Source: Trichoplax adhaerens
Lineage: Eukaryota; Animalia; Placozoa
Direction of reading: 5' to 3'
Assembly: GCF_000150275.1 (NCBI RefSeq)
Contig: NW_002060946.1
Coordinates: 1,879,454 to 1,943,453 of the forward strand
DNA: 64,000 nucleotides
The position numbers and the translations under genes are program-made. Below, one piece after another: positions 14,791 to 29,600 of the stretch (the stretch's first letter is position 1; each line of letters starts with the position of its first letter). The notes under the pieces are model-generated. The model did not search any database and was not told where the DNA came from. It saw only the letters and a program-made list of their open reading frames with translations.

Positions 14791-17700
14791 CGCAGTAGTA
14801 TGGTATATTTCACTTTACCGCAAACTAGTATTTCAAAATAAGTTAGGGATAAAAAAAGGTAAGATATAGAGGCTGACCATGCTTAGAGTTTAATTATTAC
14901 GTTAAGAATTTAATTTAAAGCTTCATTAACCATGACATTGAATACATAAGTAAGTAATGGAGTAAAAGCATAATATTCAGATTATATATCTTTATTATTA
15001 CGAATGTGAATTCATGTGATTAGTTAATAAGGTAGTATCAAATCCTAAATAATATAGACAATAAGTAGTTGATTAATCATAAGTCAATAAAGTAATTAGT
15101 AGAAATAATGATGTGATGTCAAAATTTTTTGATTATCAATCTGTCATAATATTAATCAGTAATGTTGAACAATTGCTAATAAAAAAACATCAAGAAATGA
15201 ACTGCTTAAAGATTTATCTTTCGGTAGAAGTCAATGTAACTCTTTAGATTGATAGCCTTTAACCTATTGGTATCAAATCTCGTTTAATTCAGTTCAATGT
15301 GTTAATATGTTGATTATACTTTAACCGTTGTAAAACTTATTATTAAATGGCCTCCCTTACTGGTGCGCAATATAGTGTTAAATCACGTTAAGCAGCAATT
15401 TCTCGAATTTTCATCACTCCTAAAAGGATGATGTCATTGTAAGCTATTAATTACTTGAACGCCGTGTTATACGAACGTATGTCTTTTCTCATACATTGTT
15501 AAATTGCTTACCTAAAAATAAGAGCAATGTAAAGAGTAAAATAACAACCGTGTAAAGCTTTGAAATTAACGCGCATTGAATATTAATAGGATAAATTCTG
15601 AAGCTCAAGTTGTGTACACTGTCGGAACCAGTACTCAATTTGACAACGGATGAAAGTATTCATTAATATCATTACCGCTTCAGCGATTACATTTTAAATC
15701 TTACAGGAAATTTTCAGGAAAAAAAATATTTCTATGCAGGTGTAAATAGTATTCCGCGAAAAATATGGGATTTGTATTAACGAGCCATGCGTACTTTATT
15801 AGGCGGCCGACAACATACGAGCAGATGCCATTAAAGCTTCTTTCATTATATAACATATTATAGCGTGCTTTCGTATATGAATCAGAAAAGCATGAGTCAT
15901 ACTGCGTATTTAGTAAGTGAACGTATTGGTTAATTTTTGTCGTCGGAGAACCCATATTGAATTCGGCGCCGTTTCTAGACAAACCGGGCTGTTGCATCTT
16001 TGTTCACGGTATAAGGAGTATCAATTTATAATGGCGTCGATGGGCAAGTTAGCATAATGTACAGCAGTAAGTTTACATAATAAGTATGTATATTTATGTA
16101 GAAGTCCTACGTAATATTCAATATCTAAGCTATTACGACTTTATCAGACTGGACGCCATTGTACGCAAACAATGTGACCTTTATAAAAAAGTCAATCTAG
16201 CAATTTATTGCCTGTATTATGACAAGATTGTTGATAAGTGAACTAGCTTGCGATCCATTAAGTTATCATTTTAATTCAACAGGACTTACTACTAAGTTAG
16301 TAGAATTTACTAGATTAGCCTACGCTTTAAACAAATAATGTACAGAATACTTGAGTGACTGTGAATCCAATGTAGTAGTAATATACTGTAATATGCATTA
16401 AAATTAATTATTATTATTTTTCCCTTCTAGTAAATATACGACGGAATCTATTTTTTCTGAATAAAATGTATATAAACAATCAAGGCAATAAACAAGAATA
16501 TTCAACATCAATTTCATTTTATTTGATGGGGAATCGTAAATGGGTGTTTATGTGCTGTTTATTGACATTCAAAATGGGCAAGATTATGCCGTAGAAATGT
16601 AACCTGTTAACATCAACACGCAGTACAATACAGCAGTATTAGTACAGTATATGTCCGAGCGATCAGTTCGTTTCAATGCCATTTGATAGAAAGGAACAAG
16701 TCAACAAACAACACACTGCAGTCGCCGCTTTACATGCAATTCTATTCTTCTGTAGTCATGGTAAATCCAATAAAAAATATGTTTCTTGCATCGGTGACTA
16801 CCATTGGATCCAGTTTCACAAGTGGAAATGCTCATTGCGTGTATGAGACAAAAGGCGGAAATTTTATTAGCGTCTAGTTGTTTCTTTTTTTCATGTCGTT
16901 GTTGATCTCTCTTTACTATTGCCCACTCACAGTAGAGTGGAGATTTTGTTGCATTCTACTGAGGGCTGTCCACTGTCCACACTTGACAGTGGTGTACTGT
17001 GGCGTTTTCAATTTTTATTTTATTTTACTTCATTTTATTGATTGATTTTGTTTTGAATTTATTTTGATTTTATTTCATTTCCCATCGGCCTCACGACTGC
17101 ACTCTGCTGCAGTCGTAATATTGACCGTACACCCGTACAGTACAGTACAGTGTACAGTGTACAGTGTACAGTGTGGCGGGGATTGATGTGTTTGTGATGG
17201 TGACTACACCTGACACCCGGTATACTGAATCCACGTTCCTTTGTAAAATGCGCGGGAAATGTAATGTCAACATTGCCTCTCACTTTTCATTCATCCTGGA
17301 ACCTTTACAATACATTGTACTGTAATTTACAGTACAATGTATTTTTGGATCACAATGATCACTTCTTCACCAGGTTAGAATGACAGGTGCAGTGGAAAAA
17401 CTTGAAAAGGCAAGCTTGGACACGTTTATCACTCACAGCTGAGCACTGTACTGCACATCATTAATATTGAGTTGATGAACAGGACTCTAGATATCGATAC
17501 AGTATTTACTGGATAATGACGCCATTTCAATCAGGCAAATCGATATTCAACACCGTATTATTGAATTGGGTTTGGGTAAGATGATTTCCCACCATCACCT
17601 GTTCAATGATGACCGATACAGTATTTGGTTATCACGCAAACTAAGTCACTAAAAGTACGATGTTGTAGATCCGCACTATTTCATAGATGCATGCGTACGG

Positions 17701-19714
17701 TATGGGTGCCTCGGACAGAGTTGAATGATCGTTTTTTTGAACACAAGCCACTTTCCTGTCCTATAACATATAGTATTATGTTGTATTCGACGGTAAGTAC
17801 AGCGATGATTTTATTTCTATATCCGTTGGGTTAATCGTGAAAGGGCAGCATTACAGTGGCGATCATTGCGTGAGGTTCTTTTGTTCGATCAATACAGTAC
17901 AACTAAGATTAGAATACTGTAATACTTCCTTTGCATAATCTTGTACAGTGTACAGTACAGTAGTCTAAATCTCCATGTAAATTGATGTCAATCACGGCTT
18001 ACTGATCCAAAGTACAAGTGGATGCCAATGTTCCGTAAAGTGATTAATCAATTAGTTAAATAAACATGAGTCAAACTTCTTGAATTCATGATGCATGTGT
18101 ACTCTACACTTATTGTACAGTACAGAATAGGGTTGTTGCGATATACAGTGCAAAATGACAGAAACTTGTTATGATAAACAGTGTAAAAATGTTGATGCTC
18201 AATTGCACATTTTGCAATCTGCAGACTCCTGAGTGTAGTCGCTCGGCAACGAAGACTGTACAGTGTACAGTACGGACTGGCGCTCTCCAGTAGTGAGTAA
18301 ATAAATAAAGTACTGTACTCTAGAGCATGTTGGCCACGACAGCATGTACAGTACATTGTACAGTACAGCGGGATTAAATTGGCTGGCACTAAGGAAAATA
18401 AGCTGTGTAGGCTAAATCAAGCCCCAAGTAGATAAAAGCTTCAATGCAGACGTAGCCCAATAACTCAGGGATGTAAACCTGGCTTTCATTTCTATCCATT
18501 TGTTCTTATTTTTTCTCGTACAGTACTGTAGAATCTGTAAATAATGGAAAATTGTTACAGTACTGAATGAAAATTGTACAGTTCGCACAAATCCCGCCCA
18601 TTCTCTGATAGTCTACTGTACAGTGTACTGTACATTGTACAGTCATTTCAACTCACACATGACGAGGAAGGCTTGAATAATGGAATACAGTACTGTAATA
18701 ATAATAATGATAATTATTATTATTGTTAATAATATCATTATTAATCAATCGTTCCAGTACTCAATATTTTTTTTTTTCTAATGTTGGATTTGTGAGCAGA
18801 CAACAACAACTTCTTGTCAACATAATAATTACTAATTATACATACTGTACTATATATACAGTACTATACTGTATAGTGTATACCTGCATTTGTTGGTGAA
18901 CACCCAACAACATCAATAACAATGGCTATCGTATTCAATTTCGCTAGTCATTGCAACTGACATAACTTAACTCGTGAAATGGAATAAAAAGTTGAATGAG
19001 TAATGAATTGAGTACAGAACACCATAATAGGATCATACTGTATAGTGTATATCCATTGTTAAAGAAGAGAACTGTTGTTGGAATGATTACGCTAAAGATA
19101 AGGTCACGAGGAGGTGGACTATACAGTACAGATCATCATGCACTACCGTACTGTGAAAGTAGTGTACGTCAATAAAGCCGGGCTGGGAACACAGTAGTCG
19201 TTGTACGCTTATCCCTGGGATCGTTAATGTGGATGACGACTATCGTTCTGTGTTACCTTTTACCGACGTTTCATAATAGATCTCTAGGAAGTGGTATAGG
19301 TTGATCAATTTATTGATATTCATCAGGTGGTTGTACTCTTCACTAGAAAACTTGGAGTAACAAGTCATCTTGATTTTTTAACCCAGGATGAAATGGAATT
19401 TTTGTTTTGAGTGATTCATCCAACTACAGTACCGTACTTTGATACTGGTAGTCAGGGCCTACTTACTACGATAGCCTACACGTCCAAGTTGGAGTAGAGG
19501 ACAGTCGTCGCAGTAGTCTCTAGTTAGTGATTTCATTTTTTATTTATTTATTTCTATTTATCTTTTCTTTTTTATTGATTTCAACCTGTCATGGGCGTGT
19601 CTGTACTCCACAGTACGCTCAATCTACAGTGCAGTGCCGTATTGTACTCTACAGTACAAGTACTGTAGAGATGGAAAGCGACAACTACTACTGTACTGTA
19701 CCGGTGCGGTCTCG

Positions 19715-19873
19715 TCATCACGGTTGGGAAGTTCAAGTTGTAACCAGTCATAGGGTCATTGGAATAGTACGGTATTGTACCGTGCTGTCATGTACCGGTA
19801 CGGCCTCATCATCGCTGTTGGTAAGTTCAAGCTGTAACCAGTCTTGGGTGATTGGAACAGTACGGTATTGTAC
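19715..19873 (+). repeat. Diverged tandem duplication (~90-bp period) upstream of gene B
   Basis: aagttcaag.tgtaaccagtc..gggt.attggaa.agtacggtattgtac occurs twice. Confidence 0.8.
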
Positions 19874-20140
19874 TGGTGCTGTAATGTGAAGTACCGTACT
19901 CAACCGTACCGAACCGTACCGTGCATGCTCGACAGTACGTTCTGCATCCTACAGTACTTTTTCAAAGTTTGGACTTGATGTACAAAAACAACTTCTTCAT
20001 CTTTTACTACTATAACGCCACCAGTCTTGCCCGAGCATACAGTCGATCTTTTCCTATCCGTCGCCTATGACAGTACTAGCTTACAGTACAAAGCACAGTT
20101 CGGTACTGTAAGGTCAGCAGACCCGTTAAAGTTCACCACA

Positions 20141-20148
20141 ATATAAAA
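20141..20148 (+). promoter_or_regulatory. Putative TATA box of gene B
   Basis: ATATAAAA in relatively GC-richer context ~320 bp upstream of the ATG, with Inr-like tcatagt/tcaattc ~25-30 bp downstream. Confidence 0.4.
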
Positions 20149-20466
20149 CCAAGCTTCGCTCACTTTCATAGTCAATTCTCAAAAATTTTTACTACCGTGT
20201 AGTGGAAGATTGCGTAACAACATTTTGCTAACGCTCTTGATTGCTTATATTTTTTTTTTTTCCTTTTGCCAACTTTTCCAGTCAACTACTTTCAACTTTA
20301 CTTTTCAAGACTTTAGAGTAGATAGTAACATCTTTTTAAGCCTGTTTTACTGTCATTTTATTCGTCCAAAATACCGTCGCCATTTCAGTGTAGTCATTTT
20401 CATTGAATCGAATTTTCACTGTCAAGTGTACACACACACAACGATACATTACAAACGCGCACAACG

Positions 20467-20682
20467 ATGGATCAAGATACAACCAACGAGATCGATGAAC
20501 AAGTTTGGCCTGATATAGGGGCTGATCTAAGGCTCCATGCAGACGAATTTGACAATCAATATCGCCGAAACTCCAATCTTGAAATGGTCATTGCCACATT
20601 TGATGGTATAGTTCAATCAGTGCTATTTCATCAAGTTCTCCGGATCGTACTTCACATCACCGGCAATTATCATCGCCTCTAG
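20467..20682 (+). CDS. Candidate BH3-only protein B (71 aa), PUMA/BIM-like
   Basis: EQVWPDIGADLRLHADEFDNQYRR resembles PUMA EEQWAREIGAQLRRMADDLNAQYERR. Amphipathic C-terminus LFHQVLRIVLHI. 12/23 identity with protein A across W..IG..L...AD.FD.Q.R.NS. TATAAAA at ~20142 and GTAAGT donor at 20712, 29 nt after the stop. Confidence 0.75.
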   Translation: MDQDTTNEIDEQVWPDIGADLRLHADEFDNQYRRNSNLEMVIATFDGIVQSVLFHQVLRIVLHITGNYHRL

Positions 20683-23600
20683 TCTTGTCGGATTCATCTC
20701 TGAAAATTGCGGTAAGTACACTAGTAATGCATACATCAATTGATTGCCTACCATCAACAAAATGAAGGCCAAACCTTTCATCAACTTTCTATTATACCAT
20801 GACTTGTTTTGCAGCATAAGTCCCCCGACAAATGGAGGCTTTTACACGTCCAATTTTCAATCAGTTTCTGACCCTTTCAACATTCCTTTATTTCATTTTA
20901 TTTCACTCTATCTTAATATCGACAATACGCGCGGTCAATCGACCACTTCCATACGCATTCTAAAAAATATCGTCACTGAAATACTTGAAATCAAGAACGC
21001 CGGCCGTATACGTTATAAGGTCTTTGATCTAGTACATTACTGTACGTGCATAGGGCTTACCCCACCAAATAGAGAAGTACTGTACAAGTATACGGTGTCT
21101 TATTGATTGGATGATACGCTTATATACAGTACTTGAATTAGTTGATCTGTTTTCATCGCAGTTGAACTTTGGAGTTACTATAAATTACCAACAAGTAACT
21201 GACTGACAATAATCATGCACCAGTATTGAAGCACCTTTGTTGTGTATTGGCATTTCCGACTGGGTTTTTAATATTTGTCCAATGGTGGGCTTATGACGGT
21301 AACGACAGAGCTAATTTACTTAACAATGTACAAGTGTATTAATTCCTTGTCATGAAACGATCAGTCATGCAATAGCTCTTGTCGACTACCGTCGGCTGCT
21401 AAAAGAAAATCTTTCTAGTATTTCATCATTCAGCCTGAATGATTTCGTAGCAGGCGAAGATAAATGTTGAAGCGCTGCACACATCAACTTCAATTAATAA
21501 TATTAAATAAACTTCATTAATTCAAAATCAATTGCATATAATAGTTCGTGTCGCATGCTTGATACCCCTAAATATACATTTAGTAGCTTAGCCAGAAATC
21601 TTGCTTCAAACCACACTTTAAAACAACATCATTTTGCTGAATTAATACTTACTAAAGAGAAATATCCAGAGTAGCAACTCCGAACTGTTCTTCAAAGTCG
21701 AAATACCTTTGCTGGAGTTGCCCTATGGAATAGTGACGGTCATTGCATAGGGCCCTGGAAGTAAATTTAGATAGTTTAAATACAGTGCATTCTGACAGTA
21801 TTGCACTCATAAGAGGAATATCATTGCCTAACTACATAGACCACCAATGACCAAGATTCATAATAGGATTGGACTGTATATATTATAGCTTGTAATTTAC
21901 CGAAATTATATTTTATTGTATTATTGTCGGAAAAATAAGACCTGTGCTTTCTTGATCACTATAGACAAGCCGGAAACCATCCTCAATACATGAGGAAAAT
22001 GATAATGGCCCAAAAGGATATCGGAGAACGGACTCGTAAATGCCAACAAGTATGCTTTTCAACTGCATTCTTTATCAATTGGTAACTATTGCTAAGATTG
22101 ACAGTGTGATGAAAGCAGAAACTAGGAGAAAATTGGTGGAGAAGTGAATTTCAAAGATCACTTGTTAACCGTGTTGCTTAAAAAGTTGCTAGTTACTTAC
22201 TAATTATTCCGTATTTAATCCACCCACACGTTTTGTTTTATTACGCGTGCAAAATGCGTTACAATGAGTTGTTCAGTTTCTTGGTGACTTGCTGATATTT
22301 CTATTTTGAAAACGATGCATTAGGAAAGCTCTGTTGGTTTAACTGCATTGATTTATTTCGAAGTTGACAAAGGTACTGAAACGTAAACGATCATTACCTG
22401 TTGAACTGATTAAACTGCAGTCTCAAATCGTTAAACCCAAACGACTGGAAATGGTTCAGTCGTTGTAAGGGCATATATACGAACTGTGGTGTTGTTGCTA
22501 GATGTGATTTTGAAACACAAGTAAATCCCAATAGCTAGTACACACTGTGCTATTTTGTCCTGTCTAGTCTAATGCGAAATTTTTATCGGAGGACAGTATG
22601 TGCATACATTATATGACATTATATACATATATATACATATATATATATACATACTGCATATAGGCATTGATTGCAAAATAAGCTACAAGGTGTTACTCGA
22701 TGAAGGTTTTGTGTGCTCACCATTCTGTAACAGCCAGGGTGTGATGGTTGATATTGAAGGATATTTTTATGTTTTTGTAATCTCTGTATATTTGCCATGT
22801 GCAATGTACAGTTACTTACAGTAGGCTGTCCTACAGCACTACGGCATATTGATTATTGTCAATGGTATTATTTTTTTATTTTAAATTCGAGACCCTACTG
22901 TGTACATCGTACTTTGTTAATTAAATTGTATTTAATTTTTTATCGTTTTATTAGTCATAAAGATTTTACAGGCGATATTTCGTATCACTAGATGTAAATC
23001 ACGATTGGATGGAACTCCAAATCATTTTTTTAAGTTACTGATTCTTGTTTTATTCATGTACGATTTGTATTTTATTTCTAGCTCAACATACAAATACCAT
23101 TACTGTAGTATTGCAGTATGGGTTTATCTAAATGTAACGTAAAGACTTTGGAAATATAAACAATGATTAATAAAATATGCTTATGATCATGTCTCTCTGA
23201 ATTTACTTCTTGTGGTTATTTGTAACCACCAACATGCAGTACGTGTATATCCCCTCCAAATAGACAAAAATGAGAAAATACTGTATCCTATTTACGGCTG
23301 TCACTTCCATAGGTATACTGTTCCACCTAGGTGATTAACAGACGATTCTCTTTTACTGAATATCATTACTATCAATAATAATGACTCGCCTTTGCCCCCA
23401 TAGCAGTGTAATCAAGAGATTTAATTTTGTAATAAAAACATTATAATTAGCAATTGTTTCCTTCCGCACGAAACGCATAGAGCGTATCGGTTAGTATACC
23501 TTGTAAATTATGAAATCAAGTGAATGTTTCAATTAATCTTATTATATGATCAATTAATAAATCATGACACCCAGGCGTCGATTGCTGCTGAAAAGCCACA

Positions 23601-26600
23601 TTCAACCTTGATTGTTTAGTATCTTACAAAATACGACCATTTTACTTTGTTAACTTGTTTCATAAAACTGATGCAAATGCGTCAAGTCAATTTTAGTGCA
23701 ATAAATTTAATAATTATTTAGGTATGCAGTATCCTTGCTACTTTGTAAAGGATCCCATTAATCCAGTAGTAATCCTTGTGTTTATTTCTCGCTGCTGTGC
23801 ATACTCTGTCAGGTGTTCGCATTTGACATGATAGACGCAATCAGCTCTATAGACTATATAGTGTCCTACGGATAATGGCGGTATAATTGCGGACAATACG
23901 ACTGCCACAAGTCGGTAATAACCTTTTTTTTTTTTTACTATGACGTCAGCGCATCGAGAGATGGCGAAAAAAAAAAAATGTCCAAGAAAAAAAATTGGTG
24001 TTGTCATCGATTAAAAAAAAGTTTTCCAACAGTTACTATTGTAGATTCCTACGATATCGAGCGTTATCATGACAAGATTTACGTGTTTATAGCCAGTTTA
24101 ATCTATTTTTTACATGTCTAGAAAGATTTTTGAATCGTCGAACTAGAGAGTTCATCAAGATTTGAAGGATTTTATTTTTTTGTTTTTTATCGCTATGGAC
24201 GGTCTCGCTGGCGTTGACAGACAGACAAAAAAACTTTTGGAAAAAAATCTGCCAATTTTTTTTCTCGGATTATTTTTCATTTCGGAATTCATGATGATGA
24301 GATGATACGAATAACACGACCAATCAGTGGAGAATTTATTAGACAATAACATTAAAAAACTTGTCCCCTGTGTTTTTTTGATATAATTTGATACATTAAA
24401 CTTAAAAGGCTTTATTGTGTTATTTAATTCTATAATACTGTATAGAAAAGAAAAAAAATCACAGCAATAGGCATTCAATCAGTGAAAAGACTGTAAACAG
24501 TACATAGGTATACATTAAGGACACCTTCGCTATACAACTCTTAATATTAGCGGTAAACACGCCATTGACGTTTGGCAATTTCCATTGTCCAAAAAGTTTT
24601 TTTGCAAAAGTTCAATATCTTGTGAATCCCCTCTTTTTTAATAGGTAACCAATTGTTAATTAAATGTTTTGTTAGTGTCTTCAAACAAAGAAAGGGCAAT
24701 ATTCTTCCTGATCACCTTAGCTGTAGCTCGCTCGGTTGTCAACTTTACTTTGCTTACAAACAATAATCTACGACTGATTGATTGATGAACTTAATTGTGC
24801 AAAGAAATATACAGATCATCTGAAAGCGAAATGACCGCCTATTTCCACAACTACGAAATAATTAATGGAAATGAATCCAGGTTGTCTGAATGTTTGACTT
24901 ACTTAATGCTCATTCAATAATTTATCATACGCCACTCTAATCTCGACAAGAAGCTATTTTTTGGGAATGAGATTTTACCCTACAGTTATCATTATTGCCA
25001 TGAACTTAGGCAGCGTTTAGTGTAGCAATTGTTATACACTGTATTGCAAACGTGTAATCATGCTTATAACTTTTACCAGATGGTTCTGTAAAGTTAGATA
25101 GACTAAAGATTTAATGACTACACGAAAAGATAAAAACTCCTTGGCTGCAGTGTCTTTATTTAATTTGCATGCAAAAACGCAGTTGAAACGTTTAAACGTT
25201 TCAATGTTTACTGTAGGCGGAGGTTCCTCAAGGCCATTCATGTTCTTCAGTTAATCATGAAATCAAGATTCTCTAAGTACATACGGCACAAATAAATTAA
25301 TACATGATTGACATGGCGTTTGAAGAGATTTATAAGCTACTCGATCTAATTCCTTATCTAATTCTTATCATGATGGGGCTAGATATCACACTAACCCTTC
25401 TCTCTGCCATGTATCAACCTCTAATTTTAACGGACTTGGTAATTATAATATAAAAACACTTTTTATCAGTCGATGGGAATCATAACCTGTTTAAATTAAA
25501 CAGATTCCATGTATGGCACAAGATAATAAATCACTTTACTTGGTGAAGATACAGATCTCTATGTCCGATCATGACAGTCTGCATACTATCCCCTACAATT
25601 CTAGTGCTGTATACAATAAAGAAAACAAAATGATAAAATAAAAATTAACATTTTTAATAATTATTATTTTTTTCTTTAAATCAATCGGACTCCTCCCTCT
25701 TGTTGATGAAAATTGAATATGATAGACGCATATCAAATAATGTCAACTTATCATCGACCCACCTCTTCGTCCTTATTTTCTTTCTCTTATAACATTGATC
25801 ATCAATCCTAGCGCCCTAAGTACATTCTAATATCAAGACCTCCTTCACTAATAATTATAATGACAACCTCATGATAACTTGTCTTTACAAGTGCAATGCT
25901 ACCACTAGCCATTGGTATATTAAGTGTTATGTATCCTACGGTAAAAAGCTTGTCGTTAATTTTGCAAATGTAATTACGAAAATCGAATAATGATGCCAGG
26001 GCTAAATATTTTAAGAGACTACACAGTTTATTATGGTCGAACAATATAGCGATTAGTTTTACAACTCTAACTACTTACTCAAGTATAATTGAGTTTGTGT
26101 AAAAATTATTTTATCGTTACCCTTTAATATTAAAACCGTAACCTTGTGGCAATTCCCTTCCTAAATTAGAGATTTTACTCTGCTTTGCATATAATTCTAG
26201 AGGTGATATTATGTATGAGTAGAATGGATACAACGGTATCGGTGTGAATCTAGGCTAATTTGAAACATAATAATCGTATGTTTATGCTATCGATGGACTG
26301 TATACGTACAGTATGTGTTCATATACTGTCCATAAAATAAAATTCAATAAATTGACGAATCCCCTATTATCTTGATCGGGTCGATATTTTTGTTGAGCTT
26401 TGCTACTTTTTTTTCGTAGGTCTTTAAGTCATCAATGAGGGCATGGTAGTACAGCTAATATACACATTGTATGTAGATATACTGCTACTGATTTTTTACA
26501 AGTTGCCAATTAACACGTTAATTAAACTGTCGCGTATTAGACTAGTAATGACGTAATGAAATTTTTTTTATTTATTTTTTTTAATATCCTTTTTTATACT

Positions 26601-29600
26601 ATATTGCTGTACTTTGTATATATATACTCGTATATAATATTTCTTCTGATACTTCTTAGATGCAGCTGCTATGATATATTAATTTGTAGTGAGTATAACT
26701 TGATGATAATACTATTTTGGGATTCATATCTACTGACTGTATTGCGAGAAATAGTTGCGATTAACCTTCGAAATAAAAAGATAAATTATTACTTCGTCAC
26801 AATTGGCACTGTAATAGCAAAACTTGACAATAACACTTCTTTAATCATTATTATTGTGTAAATAGCTTTAGGTAAAAATGATTTTTCAGTTGTTGATATT
26901 TTATATACGATGTATCAATGAGCCGCACCTTATTGCATCATCATTTCATTAAATTTGTCTGTCCGTGGCTAGCATACGTCTCAGGCTAAAAAAGTTATAG
27001 ACTGGTTACGATAATTGCATTTGCATCGAAAATAGAAATAGCTCCATTAAATCAACGAATAAACAAAATGGATGGAGAAAAATAATAAATCTTTGATTAA
27101 ACAATAAACTTCAATACGGGAGCAATACGGAATTTTACGGCAGTATTATTAAAGTATGAATTTGGACGATACTTTATTACTTAAAACCCTATAACTAAAT
27201 TGGACGATGGTACGGATCGTACTAATAAAATGCTGTATTTATTTTTCCGTTTGTGTACATTTATTTCTTCAATGTAACCTTACACTAATGATGTACTGCA
27301 GAAGCAGATACTAAGCTCAGCAGCATCGCTAGTCTACACCATAACCCGTTAATCGTAGGGCATAGTTGCACAACAGATACGCATTATAAACGTACGTGAA
27401 TATGCTGTATAGTGATAGCCGACAGAAAAATTGTAACTGTATAAGCGGCTTTTTTTGAAAGCGCATAGCAGAAAAACGCTATCGTTTTCTAAAATCCTTA
27501 CCTGTTAATATTGGTAAGCATATTGAGCGATTTGATCAGCAATAAAGAATGTCAGCATTCACTATACAAATTAATGCTATGTTGAATTCCAGCTCGGCAG
27601 TAATAAGTAGGTACTTATCTACCAAGCCGAAGCAAACTGGTGTAGATAGAGAATCGTACGTTCATCAAGACATTTTTAAGTGATTGGGAGACATAAAAAA
27701 GTATGTCAATAACAATTACGATTTTTTGACACTAAATACAAAATATCCTTAGAAAATTTGCTCTACGGCTTAAATTAAATGTAGTGTTTGTTAAAAATCT
27801 AGTAAATCGAGCATATAAAGTCAATGATTGCATAGAATTTGTTGTCCTGTGATAAATGATATTTTTATGAGATAGTATCTTCTTCTTTGCTTCATTCTTG
27901 TACGTAGGTTACGCTACCTAAGTATTATGTCGTCATAAAATATATACAGTAAGCCTTATACCTAAAACTGTACAGTACACGAGAACAGGCAAAAGAACTG
28001 TTCGTATATATTTATAACGTAATTGCAATATAGCCTTATGCTAATCATGGAAAAAATACAATTATATGTAGTGTGCTAACACGGCTAAGTAATGCTAAAC
28101 TCTAGAGTATTTAAGTAAAATAAGTCCCAATAGGATATCTTGGAAAAATCTGTATAGGAAATAAATGTATTGAGCACAACATGTTTATATAAGCATGTTT
28201 GCATGCATGAACGAATATTCTTAAATTATAAGTTCTATCAATCTCTGTATTTCTATAATATATTAATTTTAACTGTTACTGCAATAAAGCTATCATATCT
28301 ATAGAAATAAACATAAAATATCCGGAATATAAGCTTTAAAAATAGTCTTTTATATTTAATTACTTAGTTATGTGAAAAGTTTTGATATTAAGATAAATGG
28401 TATTTTATAACACAGTCCTACCATCTCATATTATCAGAATAAAATGTTGGCTCAGGAGGCGTCAAATTTACTGATGTTTAGTACTCGCCTTATCTGGCAT
28501 ACAGTTATAATCATAATATATTTTCAAGCATTGATCTCATTAGTTTTTCATCACGAGAAAACGATTGATGACACCATTGTTAAAGGTTAATTGGTCAATA
28601 AATAGTTTAGTAATTTTTGTATTTGGGCTCTTTGATATTTCGTAGAATGTAATATCCTTACGCGAAAGTGGGAGGTAGACTATTTGGCAAATTACATTTG
28701 AAGGAATAATAGTGAGGATCAACAAAGAAAACAATGATTAATCATCTTTACTTGAAACTTGTCGTATCAAGATAGATATCATATCAATATTCTAATAGCA
28801 ACTGTCTATCGAAATGAATAATCGAATTGATTACTTTTCATAGATGGTCGTCATAATGCAGTATCAGTGGACTGTTGTATTTATTAATTTTTGACCCTTG
28901 TCTGGTGATGTAGGAATACACTGAAACTAATAACTTTACCTTATATTAAATATTATTAAGCTATATCTTAAAGAAAATAGTTTCCGGTATTCTTATAATT
29001 TATTTATCAAGTATTGAAGTGAGAATATTGTCTTGCAAAAATTCATTTCAGCTAACGTCAAACATAAATTCTATCGCAACTCAGTGTGACATATACGCAA
29101 ACTAAGTACATTATTATGCAATACGTAATCATTCAGCCTACAGTAGTAATTAGATTATAGCTATCTGTAGTAATATTTCTTAAATTTTGTAGAATCATAC
29201 TACGTTGCTTTTAAATCAATTGTAATTAGATATAGATTGTAATTTAATTAATATTGATAGAGGAAAAAAACGTGATGACTGCTGTCTGTTTACGTTCCTC
29301 TGACTTTAAAAAAATTCTTTTAGACCTATGATAGATTAGACAAGTTGAGATCTACAATCAATCAATTCAACAGCTTTAAAATAATTCATACTACATAAGA
29401 AGAATGCTGTTTTCTGTCAACTGTCATTAAAGAGTAATGCTATTTAATTTTCTTAACAATTGTAACTATTATAAAATAAGTTTACTCAATATCTCAATGC
29501 TGCTTCCGCCCTGCATTGTAGACATGCCCGCAATACCCGTAATTTGATTAATATACAGTTTACACTCAAATATTTGTATCTGTCACAGTTGTGCATCAAT

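Noticed and set aside
24760-24800. LRLI(D)DELN BH3-like string
   Set aside because: It needs a frameshift and lacks the h1/small residues, a start codon and a tail.
28177-28200. p53-like element CAACATGTTT-atat-AAGCATGTTT, plus single half-sites near genes A and B (10608, 10826, 20023)
   Set aside because: It is far from any gene and has a 4-bp spacer. Half-sites are common in AT-rich DNA, so p53 control cannot be claimed.
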